Source: an uncultured Desulfospira sp.
Lineage (GTDB): Bacteria > Desulfobacterota > Desulfobacteria > Desulfobacterales > Desulfobacteraceae
Length of the DNA stretch: 64,000 nucleotides
Reading direction: 5' to 3'
Assembly: GCA_963663165.1 (NCBI GenBank)
Contig: OY760175.1
Coordinates: 6,400,001 to 6,464,000, forward strand
Shown here: one piece after another, positions 49,282 to 59,129 of the stretch
How the letters are laid out: every line of letters begins with the position of its first letter
How positions within the stretch are numbered: position 1 is the first letter of the stretch
The notes under the pieces: generated by a model
The model's database searches: none
Told to the model about the DNA's origin: nothing
What the model saw: only the letters and a program-made list of their open reading frames with translations
Program-made: the position numbers and the translations under genes

Positions 49282-51891
49282 CTATTCCTTTTGTTTCATG
49301 CTGCAGTATCCCAGGTCTTTGCGGTATTGCAAAATACGGGTATCATGGACTGGGGCTCCCTGATAGCCCTTTAAAGTGCCGGTTTCATCAACCAGGGCCA
49401 CGCGCAGTAAAGACTCGTCATGTTCTTCTTTGCCGATATACAGGCAGTTGCCAAGGCCGATTTTTTCAAGCCAGTTACGGGGTATCTGTATGGGGGCTGT
49501 TTTAAATCCTGTCTTTACTATCTGATTCATTAGACTCACAGCCTTGTTCTTCCATTCTTTTTGCCCAAGCCTGTACCGGGCCCATGGTAAAACAACAGAT
49601 TCCCCGTTAATCAATGTCAGCCTGGTTTCTTTTTTCCCCGGAGGGGCTGATATGTCTTTGAGCAGTAATACATCAATGGACTCCATTTCGGAGTACCGGG
49701 TCTGCGCTTTTGTTTCCGGAAGGGTTTTGCCCTCTTTTGAAAGCGTAATTTGGGCCAGTTGCCTTAGAGCGTTTTTCCCTTTTGTGTAGCGGGTTCCGTT
49801 TTCAAGTTCATAAATCAGTTCCGCCATGAAGCCGTTTTCTTCTTGTTCCTGATAGGTTGCTTCAATGAGGGGACGAATATCATCCGGCAGCCTGATGGTC
49901 TGGCATTTTCCCCACACGTCAAGGCTTCGATGCAGTACATAGGGGTTGTAGATATAGCCGCTGACCCCAAAAGCCGTTTTTGGATTTTTTTTCAAAGAAG
50001 AACTGTCCGGCATGATGAGCAAGGCCTGCCTTTTGGCACGGGTGTGTCTCGGGGTGCCCTCATGCCGCCACAGCCGTCCTATTCTCTGGAAAAGCATATC
50101 TGTTGGACAAAACCGGGTCACCAGAAAGTCGGCATCAATATCAAGGGACTGTTCAAGCACCTGTGTCCCAATCAGCAGTCGGCCCTGCTGTCCCCGGGTT
50201 TCCCATCCCTTTTTCCCAAACTGGCTGACCCAGAAATTTTCCTTTTCCCTTCGGTGTTCCGGCGTGAACCTGGAATGAAGCAGGCCGCTGGCTACACCAA
50301 GTTCCGCTGCCCGCGCAGCCATTGAAAGATAGGTGCGCTGGGCATCTTCCACACTGTTTTCAATCCAGAGAACCTGTTGGCCGTCTGCGGCCCTGTCCAG
50401 AGCAATCTCTTTTGCCGGGGCGTCATCGGTCTGAAACCTTATGGTGACTTCCACAGACGAATGGTCCATCACGGGATCTTCAATTGTGGTTAGTCCGGGT
50501 TTTATGGCCGTGACCAGCGGATAGTCCCGGGCCTCTAATTTTGAACCGATCAGCATCTGTTTTCGCTGCCTGCTTAATGTTGCGCTTAAGATGATGACCG
50601 TGCAGGACAGATGTTGTAAAAGCTTTATCAGTGCATCAAGAATTGTTCCGGTATAAACATCATAGGTGTGAACCTCATCCAGGATAACCACTTTTCCTGA
50701 AAGGCCAAATGCCCGGACAAAACCATGCTTGACATTCATGGCCGCCATCAACGCCTGATCAATGGTCCCAACGGCAAATGGCGCCAGAATGCCTCTCTTG
50801 CCGGTGTTAAACCATGCGCCTCCCGGCCGGCCCTCTTCTCCCATGTCAGACCCGTGAAGGAGCCATGCCGAACCATGCAGCAGGAGGGCCTGACGGTTTT
50901 TAAAGCCGGGATCAAGGATGGCATCAAGAAACGTGTTAAACCGCTCGTAAATTTTATTGGATGTAAGTTGCGTGGGAAGAGCAAAATAAATCCCCCGTGC
51001 CTTTTCATTACTTAAAAGCTGATAAGCCGCATATAAAGCCGCTTCTGTTTTGCCGAGCCCCATGGGAGCCTCAAGTATATAAACGCCGGGGCCGGTTGTA
51101 TGGATAAACAGTTTTTCCTGGATTTCGTATGGGGAAAAACCAAAAATATGTTTAAAATCCAGATTTTTCCTGAAACGGGGTGAAATAAAGCCAGCCCTGT
51201 CAAGGGCAGTGGAAATACTATCCTGCCAAGGCTTTGCCGGGTTTTCGAAATATGCCCCTGAGCCGATCCAGTCAGCAACCGAGGTGACCCCTGCGATCAA
51301 GCGTGCCTGTTCAGGGCTTTTAATCTCAGGCCACTGTGTTTGCAGTTCTCTTTTAAGTTCTTCAACGAATGATTCTCTTTCCCGCTGCCATACTTCTCCG
51401 CCAAGAACTTTTCCCTGGGCAGTATAAAGCCCGGTTGAAGGGGTGAATCCGTGGTGCTGTCCAGAGATCTCCGGGATATAGGGGCCTGGATTTATCTCAT
51501 CCAGGCAGATCTGACTGGTCCCGGCATGGCCGCCCCAAAGCGATTCCAGCTGTGGTTCTATATTGAGAAACGGGTAGTCGCCTGGTTGAAAACCATGTGT
51601 GTTCTGTAAGATTTTTTTTTGAAACGTCGGGCTGATTTTCCCGACATCATGGATACCTGCAGCAAGCTCGAATCCTCTTGGAAAAAGTTTTTTTGCTATT
51701 TTTTCCGGAATACGCGCAACAAGTTCTTTGGCAACTTCAGCAACAATAAGGCAATGCTCATAAACTGTTCTGCCGGTTTTACTGATCCCTTCAGGGGTTT
51801 GAAATGTTTTGGCAAAACAGGCGTTAAATGGAACGGCACGATCCTTTACCTGACTGGAAGCTTTATTTAACTTGTTTTTGGGTCCGCGCAT
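49282..51891 (-). CDS. cas3: Cas3 HD nuclease-helicase
   Basis: HDVGK, ADWIGS, APMGLGKTE, DEVH, SAT, QRIGRLWRH. Confidence 0.97.
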   Translation of the reverse strand: MRGPKNKLNKASSQVKDRAVPFNACFAKTFQTPEGISKTGRTVYEHCLIVAEVAKELVARIPEKIAKKLFPRGFELAAGIHDVGKISPTFQKKILQNTHGFQPGDYPFLNIEPQLESLWGGHAGTSQICLDEINPGPYIPEISGQHHGFTPSTGLYTAQGKVLGGEVWQRERESFVEELKRELQTQWPEIKSPEQARLIAGVTSVADWIGSGAYFENPAKPWQDSISTALDRAGFISPRFRKNLDFKHIFGFSPYEIQEKLFIHTTGPGVYILEAPMGLGKTEAALYAAYQLLSNEKARGIYFALPTQLTSNKIYERFNTFLDAILDPGFKNRQALLLHGSAWLLHGSDMGEEGRPGGAWFNTGKRGILAPFAVGTIDQALMAAMNVKHGFVRAFGLSGKVVILDEVHTYDVYTGTILDALIKLLQHLSCTVIILSATLSRQRKQMLIGSKLEARDYPLVTAIKPGLTTIEDPVMDHSSVEVTIRFQTDDAPAKEIALDRAADGQQVLWIENSVEDAQRTYLSMAARAAELGVASGLLHSRFTPEHRREKENFWVSQFGKKGWETRGQQGRLLIGTQVLEQSLDIDADFLVTRFCPTDMLFQRIGRLWRHEGTPRHTRAKRQALLIMPDSSSLKKNPKTAFGVSGYIYNPYVLHRSLDVWGKCQTIRLPDDIRPLIEATYQEQEENGFMAELIYELENGTRYTKGKNALRQLAQITLSKEGKTLPETKAQTRYSEMESIDVLLLKDISAPPGKKETRLTLINGESVVLPWARYRLGQKEWKNKAVSLMNQIVKTGFKTAPIQIPRNWLEKIGLGNCLYIGKEEHDESLLRVALVDETGTLKGYQGAPVHDTRILQYRKDLGYCSMKQKE

Positions 51892-52120
51892 GCTTAAAAC
51901 CTTTTTTTAAGTTAAGCGCCGGTTATTCATTTTGATCTATGAACTTGAAAAGCAATTGATAATTTGCACAACCATCACATCTCAGCCAAGGCGTAACTCC
52001 ATATCCACCGTTTCCCAGGGCAGGGCGCTGCGGGCCACATTGACAATGACCGCTTCTATGGGGCTGCCGCCGTCCATGAGCATTATCCATCTTGGCACAT
52101 GGCATAAGCATACCACCCTG

Positions 52121-52141
52121 CAGGATCATTCCGTGATCCTG
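52121..52141. promoter_or_regulatory. Palindrome, candidate WYL-regulator operator
   Basis: CAGGATCA-TTCCG-TGATCCTG between the WYL gene and cas3. Confidence 0.6.
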
Positions 52142-52172
52142 GGGGAATTTTTTTTCTAATTTTTTCCCCCTG

Positions 52173-53144
52173 CTACTTTTTTTCATACTGGCCCAGGGCC
52201 TGCTCAAGGCGGCTGCGCACCTCCTGCTGAAGGCTTATGGGGGCCATGACCCTGACATCAGGCCCATACCGCAGAATTTCCATAACCAGCTCCCTTTGAT
52301 CGGCATAGGGCAGGCGCAGTTCATAGGTGCCGTCTGATAAAAAGCCCCCTTGCTGGTCCGGATGCCATTTTTCTTCGGCCACCCAGCGGGCCGCCTTCCG
52401 GGAAAAACGCAAAACCGCCTCTGCCACGGGATGGCCTGCAAAAATGCCAAAGGACGAAAAAAAATGATCGTCTAATTTTTTTTCGTCCACCCTCCGGCAG
52501 GCGGTTTCAATCCGGCTCACATTGCTCATTCGCTCAAGAGCCAGTGTTCTCAGGGCACAGCGGGTGTGGCAAAAGGCTGCCAGATACCAGTTGCCCCGGT
52601 AATAAAACAGCCGCTGGGGTGAAACAGTGCGGTCGAGTTTTTTGTTCTCCACCCGGCTGTGATAACAAAGGGTTAATCGGGTCTGCCGGATTAATGCGGT
52701 GGCTACGGTGCGGAAGGCCATGGGGCAGCATGCGCGGATACCGATGCCGAGGAACTTAATCCGGCGGGTGAGCTCCTTGGTTGATCTCCCCCGGGTTGCA
52801 AGAAGTTTTTCAATACGCCTGCGGATGGGAACAAGTTCACTTTTTAGAAGCCCGGGATCCAGTTGATGGATAAGCTCATTGATGGCAAGCAGGGCATGAA
52901 GTTCGGAAATGCTCAACCAGAACCCGGGCAACTGTAATACCGTATCATGGGCTTTGTCCAGAATATAGCCCTGGGCACCGGGATCGTAAAAAAGGGGGGC
53001 GCCATTGTCTCGAAGGCGTCTGATGTAGCGTTTCAGGGTCGCTTCAGAATAATCCACGCGGGCAAGCAGATCCCTGAACGGGATGGGATAGCGCCGGACT
53101 GACAATATGTCGGACAGCTCACGTAATCGTTCTATTTGTTTCAT
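52173..53144 (-). CDS. HTH-WYL domain transcriptional regulator
   Basis: N-terminal HTH (YSEATLKRYIRRLR), VSPQRLFYYRGNWYL, C-terminal ILRYGPDVRVMAP. Confidence 0.93.
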   Translation of the reverse strand: MKQIERLRELSDILSVRRYPIPFRDLLARVDYSEATLKRYIRRLRDNGAPLFYDPGAQGYILDKAHDTVLQLPGFWLSISELHALLAINELIHQLDPGLLKSELVPIRRRIEKLLATRGRSTKELTRRIKFLGIGIRACCPMAFRTVATALIRQTRLTLCYHSRVENKKLDRTVSPQRLFYYRGNWYLAAFCHTRCALRTLALERMSNVSRIETACRRVDEKKLDDHFFSSFGIFAGHPVAEAVLRFSRKAARWVAEEKWHPDQQGGFLSDGTYELRLPYADQRELVMEILRYGPDVRVMAPISLQQEVRSRLEQALGQYEKK

Positions 53145-53472
53145 TTTGGCATAATAAGATTAAAATTAAAGGTGCCTAAAATTTTAAGCCAATGCGCTTT
53201 TTTTACTTATATCCAATGATCTCTTATTACAAGGAAAAATTTGTGAAATAGCCGGGTTATCCCTGCTCCCGGAAAGAATAGGGAAGACCGGGGATGATCC
53301 GGCATCACCCGAAAGGCACAAACCGGGGCCAGCGTTTCCCTTTTGGCTGCCCCTGATTTTTGCTTGTTTTTTAGCCATAGCTGAATGGTTACAAAAGGTG
53401 TTGATAGTATTTGTGTATGTGTGAATTATATGGGGCAGGGGGTGATTTAAATCGGAGATAAACGGGGTTTTT

Positions 53473-55329
53473 TTAAGAGGAATGGGCCGGGAAAATAATT
53501 TTAAATTCCGTGCCTGTTCCCGGGTTGCTTTTGACGCTGATGGAGCCGTTATAATCCTTGACAATGCCCTGGACAATGGGCAGGCCGAGCCCCAGGCCCT
53601 CGCCCATTTCCTTGGTGGTAAAAAACGAGTCAAAAATTTCGTTAAGCCGGTTTTCCTGTATGCCCGCACCATTGTCCGCCACCACCAGGCCGACCATATC
53701 ATCATGGGAAAATGTGGTCATGCAAATTTCACCGGGGGTGGTGTCGCCTAAGTCCTCCACCCGCTCGTTGATGGCGTCCCGTGCGTTGGTCACCAGGTTG
53801 AAGATCACCTGTTCCATGCGGTTGTGGTGGGCCAGGATGTCGGGGATGCCCTCGTTTAAGTCCAGTTTAAGCGCAATGTTCTGCAGCGCGATCTGCCGGC
53901 CGATGATTTTGTAAATGGACCGGACACAGGCGTTGATGGAAATCACCTGGCGTGCAAATTCGGCCTTCCGGGAAAAGCGTTTAAGGCGGCCTACAATTTC
54001 CGATCCCCGGGTGACCTGGGTGGAGATCTCGGCCAGGACAAAGGCCAAATCCGCCGGTGTGACGTCTTTTTTTTGCTCATGCATCATGAGCAGGTATTCG
54101 CTGCCCATTTTAATGGCATTCAGGGGCTGGTTGAGCTCATGGGCAATCCCGGCGGACATTTTTTCCAGATTGCTCATTTTGGAGGCCTGGATGAGCTGGT
54201 CGTCCTTTTCCACAAGCTCGGTAATGTCTGTGGTGGCCACGATAATGACATCCCGGTCCCGGTATTCGGCCGAGCTTGCGTGGACATTGACGAATACCGC
54301 GGCCCCGTTTTTTTTGAACAGCCGGACCTTGGAGGAGATGACAATCGAGGTGCCAAAGGGAAAATTCCGTTCAAAGGCCTGGTTGTCCAGCTCGCCCAAG
54401 TCCAGAAATCGCTTCCCCTTGAGTTCCTCTCTGGTGTACCCGAGAACCTCAGCGGCTTTGGGGTTGGCATCCAGGATTTCAAAATCGGCCCGCTGGACCA
54501 CAAAAATGGGGTTGGGGCCGCTGTGAAAAAGGGACCGGTACTTTTTCTGGGATTCCATGAGGCTTTCGGTGGAAGCGGCCAGGCGCCCGGACATTTTCAT
54601 GAAAGAGGTGGTCAGGGCGGCAATCTCATCCCCCCGTTTTTCCAGTTCAAAAGACAGGGCATCGGTCTGTTTTTTGGACAGAAAATTAAAATCGCCCCGG
54701 GTCAGGTGATCCGTGTACTGGATCAGGGAGGTGACCGGCCGGGTGATGTGCAGGGCCAGGCGGTGGCTTAAAAAAAAGAAGATCAGGGACACCACAGACA
54801 AAAAACTTAAAAATATCAGCCTGAGCCTGGCAACAAGGTCGTCAATATGGGTCCGGTCCAGGCCGATCTGAACAGAGCCGATGGTGTAAATTCCCTCCTT
54901 TACCGGAACACAGATATGAAAGACCGTATGGCGGTCCACCTTGACCGGGTTTACCCGGGGGCCTTCTTCAAGGTCGGCCATGGGGGAGGGGGTGAACCCG
55001 GCGGGAATGCCCGTGGTAAAGGTATGGGCCAGGACGTTTTCCTTCGCGTCCGTGACCAGGGCATAAACCAGCACGCTTTTTCGGTTGCCCTGGCGGGTGT
55101 CATAGGCCAGGGCCGTGAGTTCTGACCGGTTCCGGGTCAGGATAAACACCCGGGCGCTGTCCGCCACCCCCTGGGCAATGCCGATGCCGCGGCTTTGAAG
55201 CTGGGAGGTGAGGCTGCCGATGAGCAGTGCCCGGGTGAACAGGGCGATCAGGACGCTGACAATCAGGGTAAATCCCAGGCAGGAGATAAAGATTTTGTTT
55301 TTCAGGCTCAGTTCGCTGAAGGATTTCAT
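53473..55329 (-). CDS. Sensor histidine kinase (TM, HAMP, PAS, HisKA, HATPase)
   Basis: GIAHELNQPL, NLVTNARDA, DNGAGI, FFTTK, GLGLGL. Confidence 0.95.
   Translation of the reverse strand: MKSFSELSLKNKIFISCLGFTLIVSVLIALFTRALLIGSLTSQLQSRGIGIAQGVADSARVFILTRNRSELTALAYDTRQGNRKSVLVYALVTDAKENVLAHTFTTGIPAGFTPSPMADLEEGPRVNPVKVDRHTVFHICVPVKEGIYTIGSVQIGLDRTHIDDLVARLRLIFLSFLSVVSLIFFFLSHRLALHITRPVTSLIQYTDHLTRGDFNFLSKKQTDALSFELEKRGDEIAALTTSFMKMSGRLAASTESLMESQKKYRSLFHSGPNPIFVVQRADFEILDANPKAAEVLGYTREELKGKRFLDLGELDNQAFERNFPFGTSIVISSKVRLFKKNGAAVFVNVHASSAEYRDRDVIIVATTDITELVEKDDQLIQASKMSNLEKMSAGIAHELNQPLNAIKMGSEYLLMMHEQKKDVTPADLAFVLAEISTQVTRGSEIVGRLKRFSRKAEFARQVISINACVRSIYKIIGRQIALQNIALKLDLNEGIPDILAHHNRMEQVIFNLVTNARDAINERVEDLGDTTPGEICMTTFSHDDMVGLVVADNGAGIQENRLNEIFDSFFTTKEMGEGLGLGLPIVQGIVKDYNGSISVKSNPGTGTEFKIIFPAHSS
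53480..53559. repeat. 80-bp direct repeat copy B (in the intact kinase gene)
   Basis: 78/80 identical to 36677-36756. Confidence 0.95.
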
Positions 55330-56633
55330 GGGATCAGTACCAGCCGGCCCCCCTGAATCCGGGTAAAGTAAACCTGCTCAAGCCCCTGATAATCGTTTTT
55401 TCCAAAAGAGACCGGATACCCGATGCCCAGATCCATATGCCGGATGGATTCAATGGCCCTTAAAAATTTATCCCGGGTCAGGTCCCTGCCGGCCCGCTCC
55501 AGCCCCTCGGCCAGGATCCGGGCATTGATGTGCCCTTCTAACCCCACAAAACTGGAGGCGGCTCCGGGATAGGCGCTTTTGAGGTCTTCAACATAGGCTC
55601 TGATACCGGGCAGTTCTTCCCGGCGGGTTTCCTCTCCGGTTTGACTGCCGGTCCCAGGCGGCGGACCCACCAGTGGACCCACCAGTGGACCCACCAGCGG
55701 AACCGCCAGCGGAACCGCCAGCGGAACCACCTGCGAAATCAGCACCCCCTCTCCTAAGTCGCCAAGCCGCCGGGCAAGTTCTGTGGCGCCCACAAAGGAT
55801 ACATTGTAAAACAGGGCTGAAAAACGGGCTTCTTTTGCCAGGCGGATAAACCTGGCGCAGGCATCATAGGTGCCGATCATGACCACGGCCTGGGCCTTTG
55901 AGCCAATGATTTGGGACAGGCCTTTTTCCACCTCCATGGTCCCCCGGACATAGCTCCCTTTGGCCACGGGCTTGAGCCCGAATGCCTTGAGGGCAATCTC
56001 TGTCCCCCGCAAGCCGTCAAACCCGTACTCATCGTACTGGTAGAACACGGCCACCCGGTCCAGCCCTTTGTCCCGGACCATCATGGCCACAGCGGCCCGG
56101 ATTTCCTGGTAATAGGAGGCCCGCACGTTGATCAGCAGGGGGTTGGCAGGTTCCCTGAGGCGGTTGGCACCTGACAGCATCCCGAGAAGGGGAATGCGGG
56201 CCTCATCAATCAGGGGCAGCACCCGGACCGTGGTGGGGGTGCCGACATATGAAAAAAGACAGAAGACCTTTTCTTCTGAAATAAGCTGCTGGGTGTTGAA
56301 AAGACATTGGGCGGGGTCGTATCCGTCATCTTTGGCAATAAGCCGGATCATCCGGCCGTGGATGCCGCCGCTGTCGTTGATCCGGCGAATGCAGGAAAGG
56401 GCTCCCTGGAGGGTCTGGGTGCCTAAGTATCCGGCATGGCCGCCAAGGGCCAGGGAAGATCCGATACGGATTTCATCAGCAGAGACCCCGGTGGCCTGCC
56501 CCATGACCAGGGCATCCGGATCTTTCCTGTCGCATCCCATTGCCCCCATGAACAGGAGCAGGATAAGGAAAAATGCCGCCGCCGGCACCCCTTTTTCGGC
56601 CGTTCTATATTTGAGTTTATTGTGAACCGCCAC
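55326..56633 (-). CDS. Periplasmic substrate-binding lipoprotein (LIV/type 1 family)
   Basis: Lipobox-like AMGC, INDSGGIHGR, DDGYDP, YVGTPT. Confidence 0.88.
   Translation of the reverse strand: MAVHNKLKYRTAEKGVPAAAFFLILLLFMGAMGCDRKDPDALVMGQATGVSADEIRIGSSLALGGHAGYLGTQTLQGALSCIRRINDSGGIHGRMIRLIAKDDGYDPAQCLFNTQQLISEEKVFCLFSYVGTPTTVRVLPLIDEARIPLLGMLSGANRLREPANPLLINVRASYYQEIRAAVAMMVRDKGLDRVAVFYQYDEYGFDGLRGTEIALKAFGLKPVAKGSYVRGTMEVEKGLSQIIGSKAQAVVMIGTYDACARFIRLAKEARFSALFYNVSFVGATELARRLGDLGEGVLISQVVPLAVPLAVPLVGPLVGPLVGPPPGTGSQTGEETRREELPGIRAYVEDLKSAYPGAASSFVGLEGHINARILAEGLERAGRDLTRDKFLRAIESIRHMDLGIGYPVSFGKNDYQGLEQVYFTRIQGGRLVLIP
55663..55731. repeat. 12-bp in-frame VNTR (PLAV/PLVG)
   Basis: GGACCCACCAG(T/C) x3, GGAACCGCCAGC x2, plus partial. 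Confidence 0.85.
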
Positions 56634-56754
56634 CCCGGACCTGACCTTTGTTGAATAATGTAAAGCCAGAGTTTAGCAACTGTCATGATGCCATGTCAAT
56701 TGCCAAAATTTTCGGGAACATGCAAACGAGGCGACGGGCGGAGACGGTTTTTTC

Positions 56755-57366
56755 CTATAGGTTGATCACGCTGTCGGCCAACTGCATGGACGTGACAATA
56801 TCCAGCATGTTGGTGGTGGTGCCGATGGCCTTCTGGTCCATCAGGTTGAAATGGGTCAGGCAGGTCCCGCACACCAGAATGTCCACACCGGATCCATCCA
56901 GTTCTTCCAACTCCGGAATCACGGCAGACCCCTTGATGGCCAGTTTTACCCCGGCGTTGACAAACACCAGGCGCCAAAGGTCCCCGCCCATTTCCCTGAG
57001 GGTTTTGATGTAGTTGATCATCAGCTTGGTCCCGAGCTCATCATCGCCGTTGCCCATCCGGTCCGAGGCAATCATGACCATAATTTTTTGCCGGGATTCG
57101 CTGTCTGCCGGGGCGGTCCCTTCTGAAACGGTCTGGGTTCCTTCACCCGCTTCCCTGGTCCCTTCAACGATTGACATAATGCCGTCGGACTCAACGGAAA
57201 CCGTGAAATTCTGCATGCTGAGAAACCGGCTGACATTTTCCACAGCCGCATCATTGTCCACCAGCACCCTGATCCGGCTTAATGAGTTGTCTTCCACAGC
57301 TTCCTTGGTCATGAGGACCGGTTTCGGGCATTCCAGTGACCGGCAGTCGATTTCTTTGGTATTCAT
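56755..57366 (-). CDS. yedF: Selenium metabolism sulfurtransferase-like protein YedF (TusA plus DsrE domains)
   Basis: IDCRSLECPKPV, MGNGDDELG, ILVCGTCL, TNMLDIV. Confidence 0.9.
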   Translation of the reverse strand: MNTKEIDCRSLECPKPVLMTKEAVEDNSLSRIRVLVDNDAAVENVSRFLSMQNFTVSVESDGIMSIVEGTREAGEGTQTVSEGTAPADSESRQKIMVMIASDRMGNGDDELGTKLMINYIKTLREMGGDLWRLVFVNAGVKLAIKGSAVIPELEELDGSGVDILVCGTCLTHFNLMDQKAIGTTTNMLDIVTSMQLADSVINL

Positions 57367-57548
57367 GATATATTCTCTTTGTTGCTAAATCGGGTTAATC
57401 CCAACATGGCGGGACCCCCGCCATTTCGTTTAAAATTTGAATTTACGGCACGCCGCCGGTTGAAGTCAAATAGGTATCGACAATAAAAATACCGATTGGC
57501 ATCAGGATTATTAATGCGACAGGCCGCTGATGAAGGTTTTTCCCGAAC

Positions 57549-57595
57549 GGGGTCAGGTATTGAAAAATAAGAAATGACAATTCAAGACCTGCCCC
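57549..57595. repeat. REP-like inverted repeat
   Basis: GGGGTCAGGTATTGAA ... TTCAAGACCTGCCCC. Confidence 0.6.
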
Positions 57596-57654
57596 CCTGT
57601 TTATTTTCATACATTGGTTGACAAAAAGGAAAATCCGGCCCTATACAATCATAC

Positions 57655-58506
57655 ATGAAAACAATTAAATCATTAATTTTTGCGGCCGCAATAATCCTGT
57701 TTTGTGCCTTAAGTCATGCCCATGCAGAATCCTTTATCGAGGAATACATCTACCAGGCCAGTGATTCCGACAGCAAAATAACCTGCCGGGCGATTTCGTT
57801 GATGCAGGCAAAAAGGCTTTTGCTCGGAAAAATAGGGACTTATCTAAAATCCTACACAGCCGTTGTGAATGCCCAATTGGAGAGGGACGAAATCATCGAA
57901 CTTAGTGCGGGTGTAGTAAAGGCAGAAATTCTGGATGAGCAATGGGACGGCAAGACATATAAACTGGTTACCAAAATCGAAGTCGATCCTGAAGATGTCA
58001 GCAGACAGATCGCATTGCTGAGGGAAAACAATACAAGAACAAGCGGGTATGAAGATGTTAATAAAAAGTACCTGGATAAAATCAATGAACTCAGGAAGAA
58101 TTTGGAGGACATCCAAAACAATTTTATAGAAGTGACAAAGGATTATGCCGAATCATCCAGACTGGTCGATGCCTGGGATGCTTTTGACACAGGCATGCAG
58201 AATTTGAGTGCCGGCGATTATGAGCTGGCGATAGAAAATTTTGACACATCCATTGCGGCCAATCCGAATTATAATGCTTACTTCAATCGTGGGAAAGCCT
58301 ATTCCAAGCTCAAAGAATATCCCAAAGCCATCGAAGATTTTGATGTTGTGGTCCGGTTAAATCCCTTATTTGCTGGCGCTTATTGGGAAAAAGGGCATAC
58401 ATTGGTGAAAAGCGGAAAGAAGAAAGAAGGGCTTTCGGAAATAAAAAAGGCGGCAAAGATGGGAAATGGCAACGCAAAGCGCTGGTTGAGACTCAAAGGG
58501 AAATAA
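57655..58506 (+). CDS. Secreted TPR/SEL1-like repeat protein
   Basis: Signal peptide ending AHA; AYFNRGKAY...AIEDFD TPR; AAKMGNGNAKRWL. Confidence 0.82.
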   Translation: MKTIKSLIFAAAIILFCALSHAHAESFIEEYIYQASDSDSKITCRAISLMQAKRLLLGKIGTYLKSYTAVVNAQLERDEIIELSAGVVKAEILDEQWDGKTYKLVTKIEVDPEDVSRQIALLRENNTRTSGYEDVNKKYLDKINELRKNLEDIQNNFIEVTKDYAESSRLVDAWDAFDTGMQNLSAGDYELAIENFDTSIAANPNYNAYFNRGKAYSKLKEYPKAIEDFDVVVRLNPLFAGAYWEKGHTLVKSGKKKEGLSEIKKAAKMGNGNAKRWLRLKGK

Positions 58507-58850
58507 GGCAGCCGGTCACAGGATTTGCCTACCCCTTCGGCGCTTACAATCCAACGGTGATGGCGCTTGTTCGCGAAACAGGCCATGGTTATGCCCGCAC
58601 CGTCGATCCTTCCGAGGTGGCGTTCCCGCCGGCAGATCCCATGGCCTTTCACCCGAGTTGCCATTTTCTGGCCCCGGATTTCTGGCCCCGCTACGAACGC
58701 GCAAAAGAAAGGGGCCTGTTTTATTTCTGGGGCCATTCCTATGAACTGGTCAACGAGACGATGTGGATGGCGCTGGAGAATACCCTTCAACGGATTGAGG
58801 CGGACCCGGGTGCCTGCTGGGGAGAATTGTCGGCGCTGTTTACCGTTTGA
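58507..58850 (+). pseudogene. C-terminal fragment of a polysaccharide deacetylase
   Basis: PVTGFAYPFGAYN...YARTV...FYFWGHSYE; 5' part replaced by the TPR gene. Confidence 0.65.
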
Positions 58851-58920
58851 GGGTGGCTGTATTTGTAATAACGGTCACGGGCCGTCTTTGGTTATCCAAC
58901 CAAGAACCGTCCACAACAAA

Positions 58921-58964
58921 AAATGAAAGTCTTCTCAGAATGTTAGTGAGACTTTCATATAAAA
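58921..58964. repeat. 44-bp palindromic dispersed repeat, copy 2
   Basis: AAATGAAAGTCTTCTCAGAATGTTAGTGAGACTTTCATATAAAA; stem ATGAAAGTCT/AGACTTTCAT. Confidence 0.85.
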
Positions 58965-59129
58965 GGCCATGGGCCACAAGCCCACAACGAATAATGAAAC
59001 TGAAGATACCAGCAACGGTAGACTATAAATTGGGCACCGCAGGTGCTTCGCCCTCTTGTCTCTTGTTTCTTGTCTCCGGTTTCTTATAAAAGGCCTTATG
59101 AACTTACCATCCGGACAGGGAGAGCGACA

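Larger units (their letters stand above)
36757..53479. mobile_element. CRISPR-Cas genomic island inserted in the 3' end of a histidine kinase gene
   Basis: Bounded by the 80-bp direct repeats; splits HK from RR; no integrase inside. Confidence 0.8.

Noticed and set aside
51923..52207. 94-aa ORF between WYL and cas3
   Set aside because: Overlaps the WYL end and the operator palindrome, no recognisable motif; a small gene here is not excluded
53250..53345. GC-rich hairpins with GGGAAGAC and GAAAGG, considered as degenerate CRISPR repeat or c-di-GMP riboswitch
   Set aside because: Only 8 bp match the repeat and the GEMM conserved elements are not in the right order; needs an Rfam/Infernal scan
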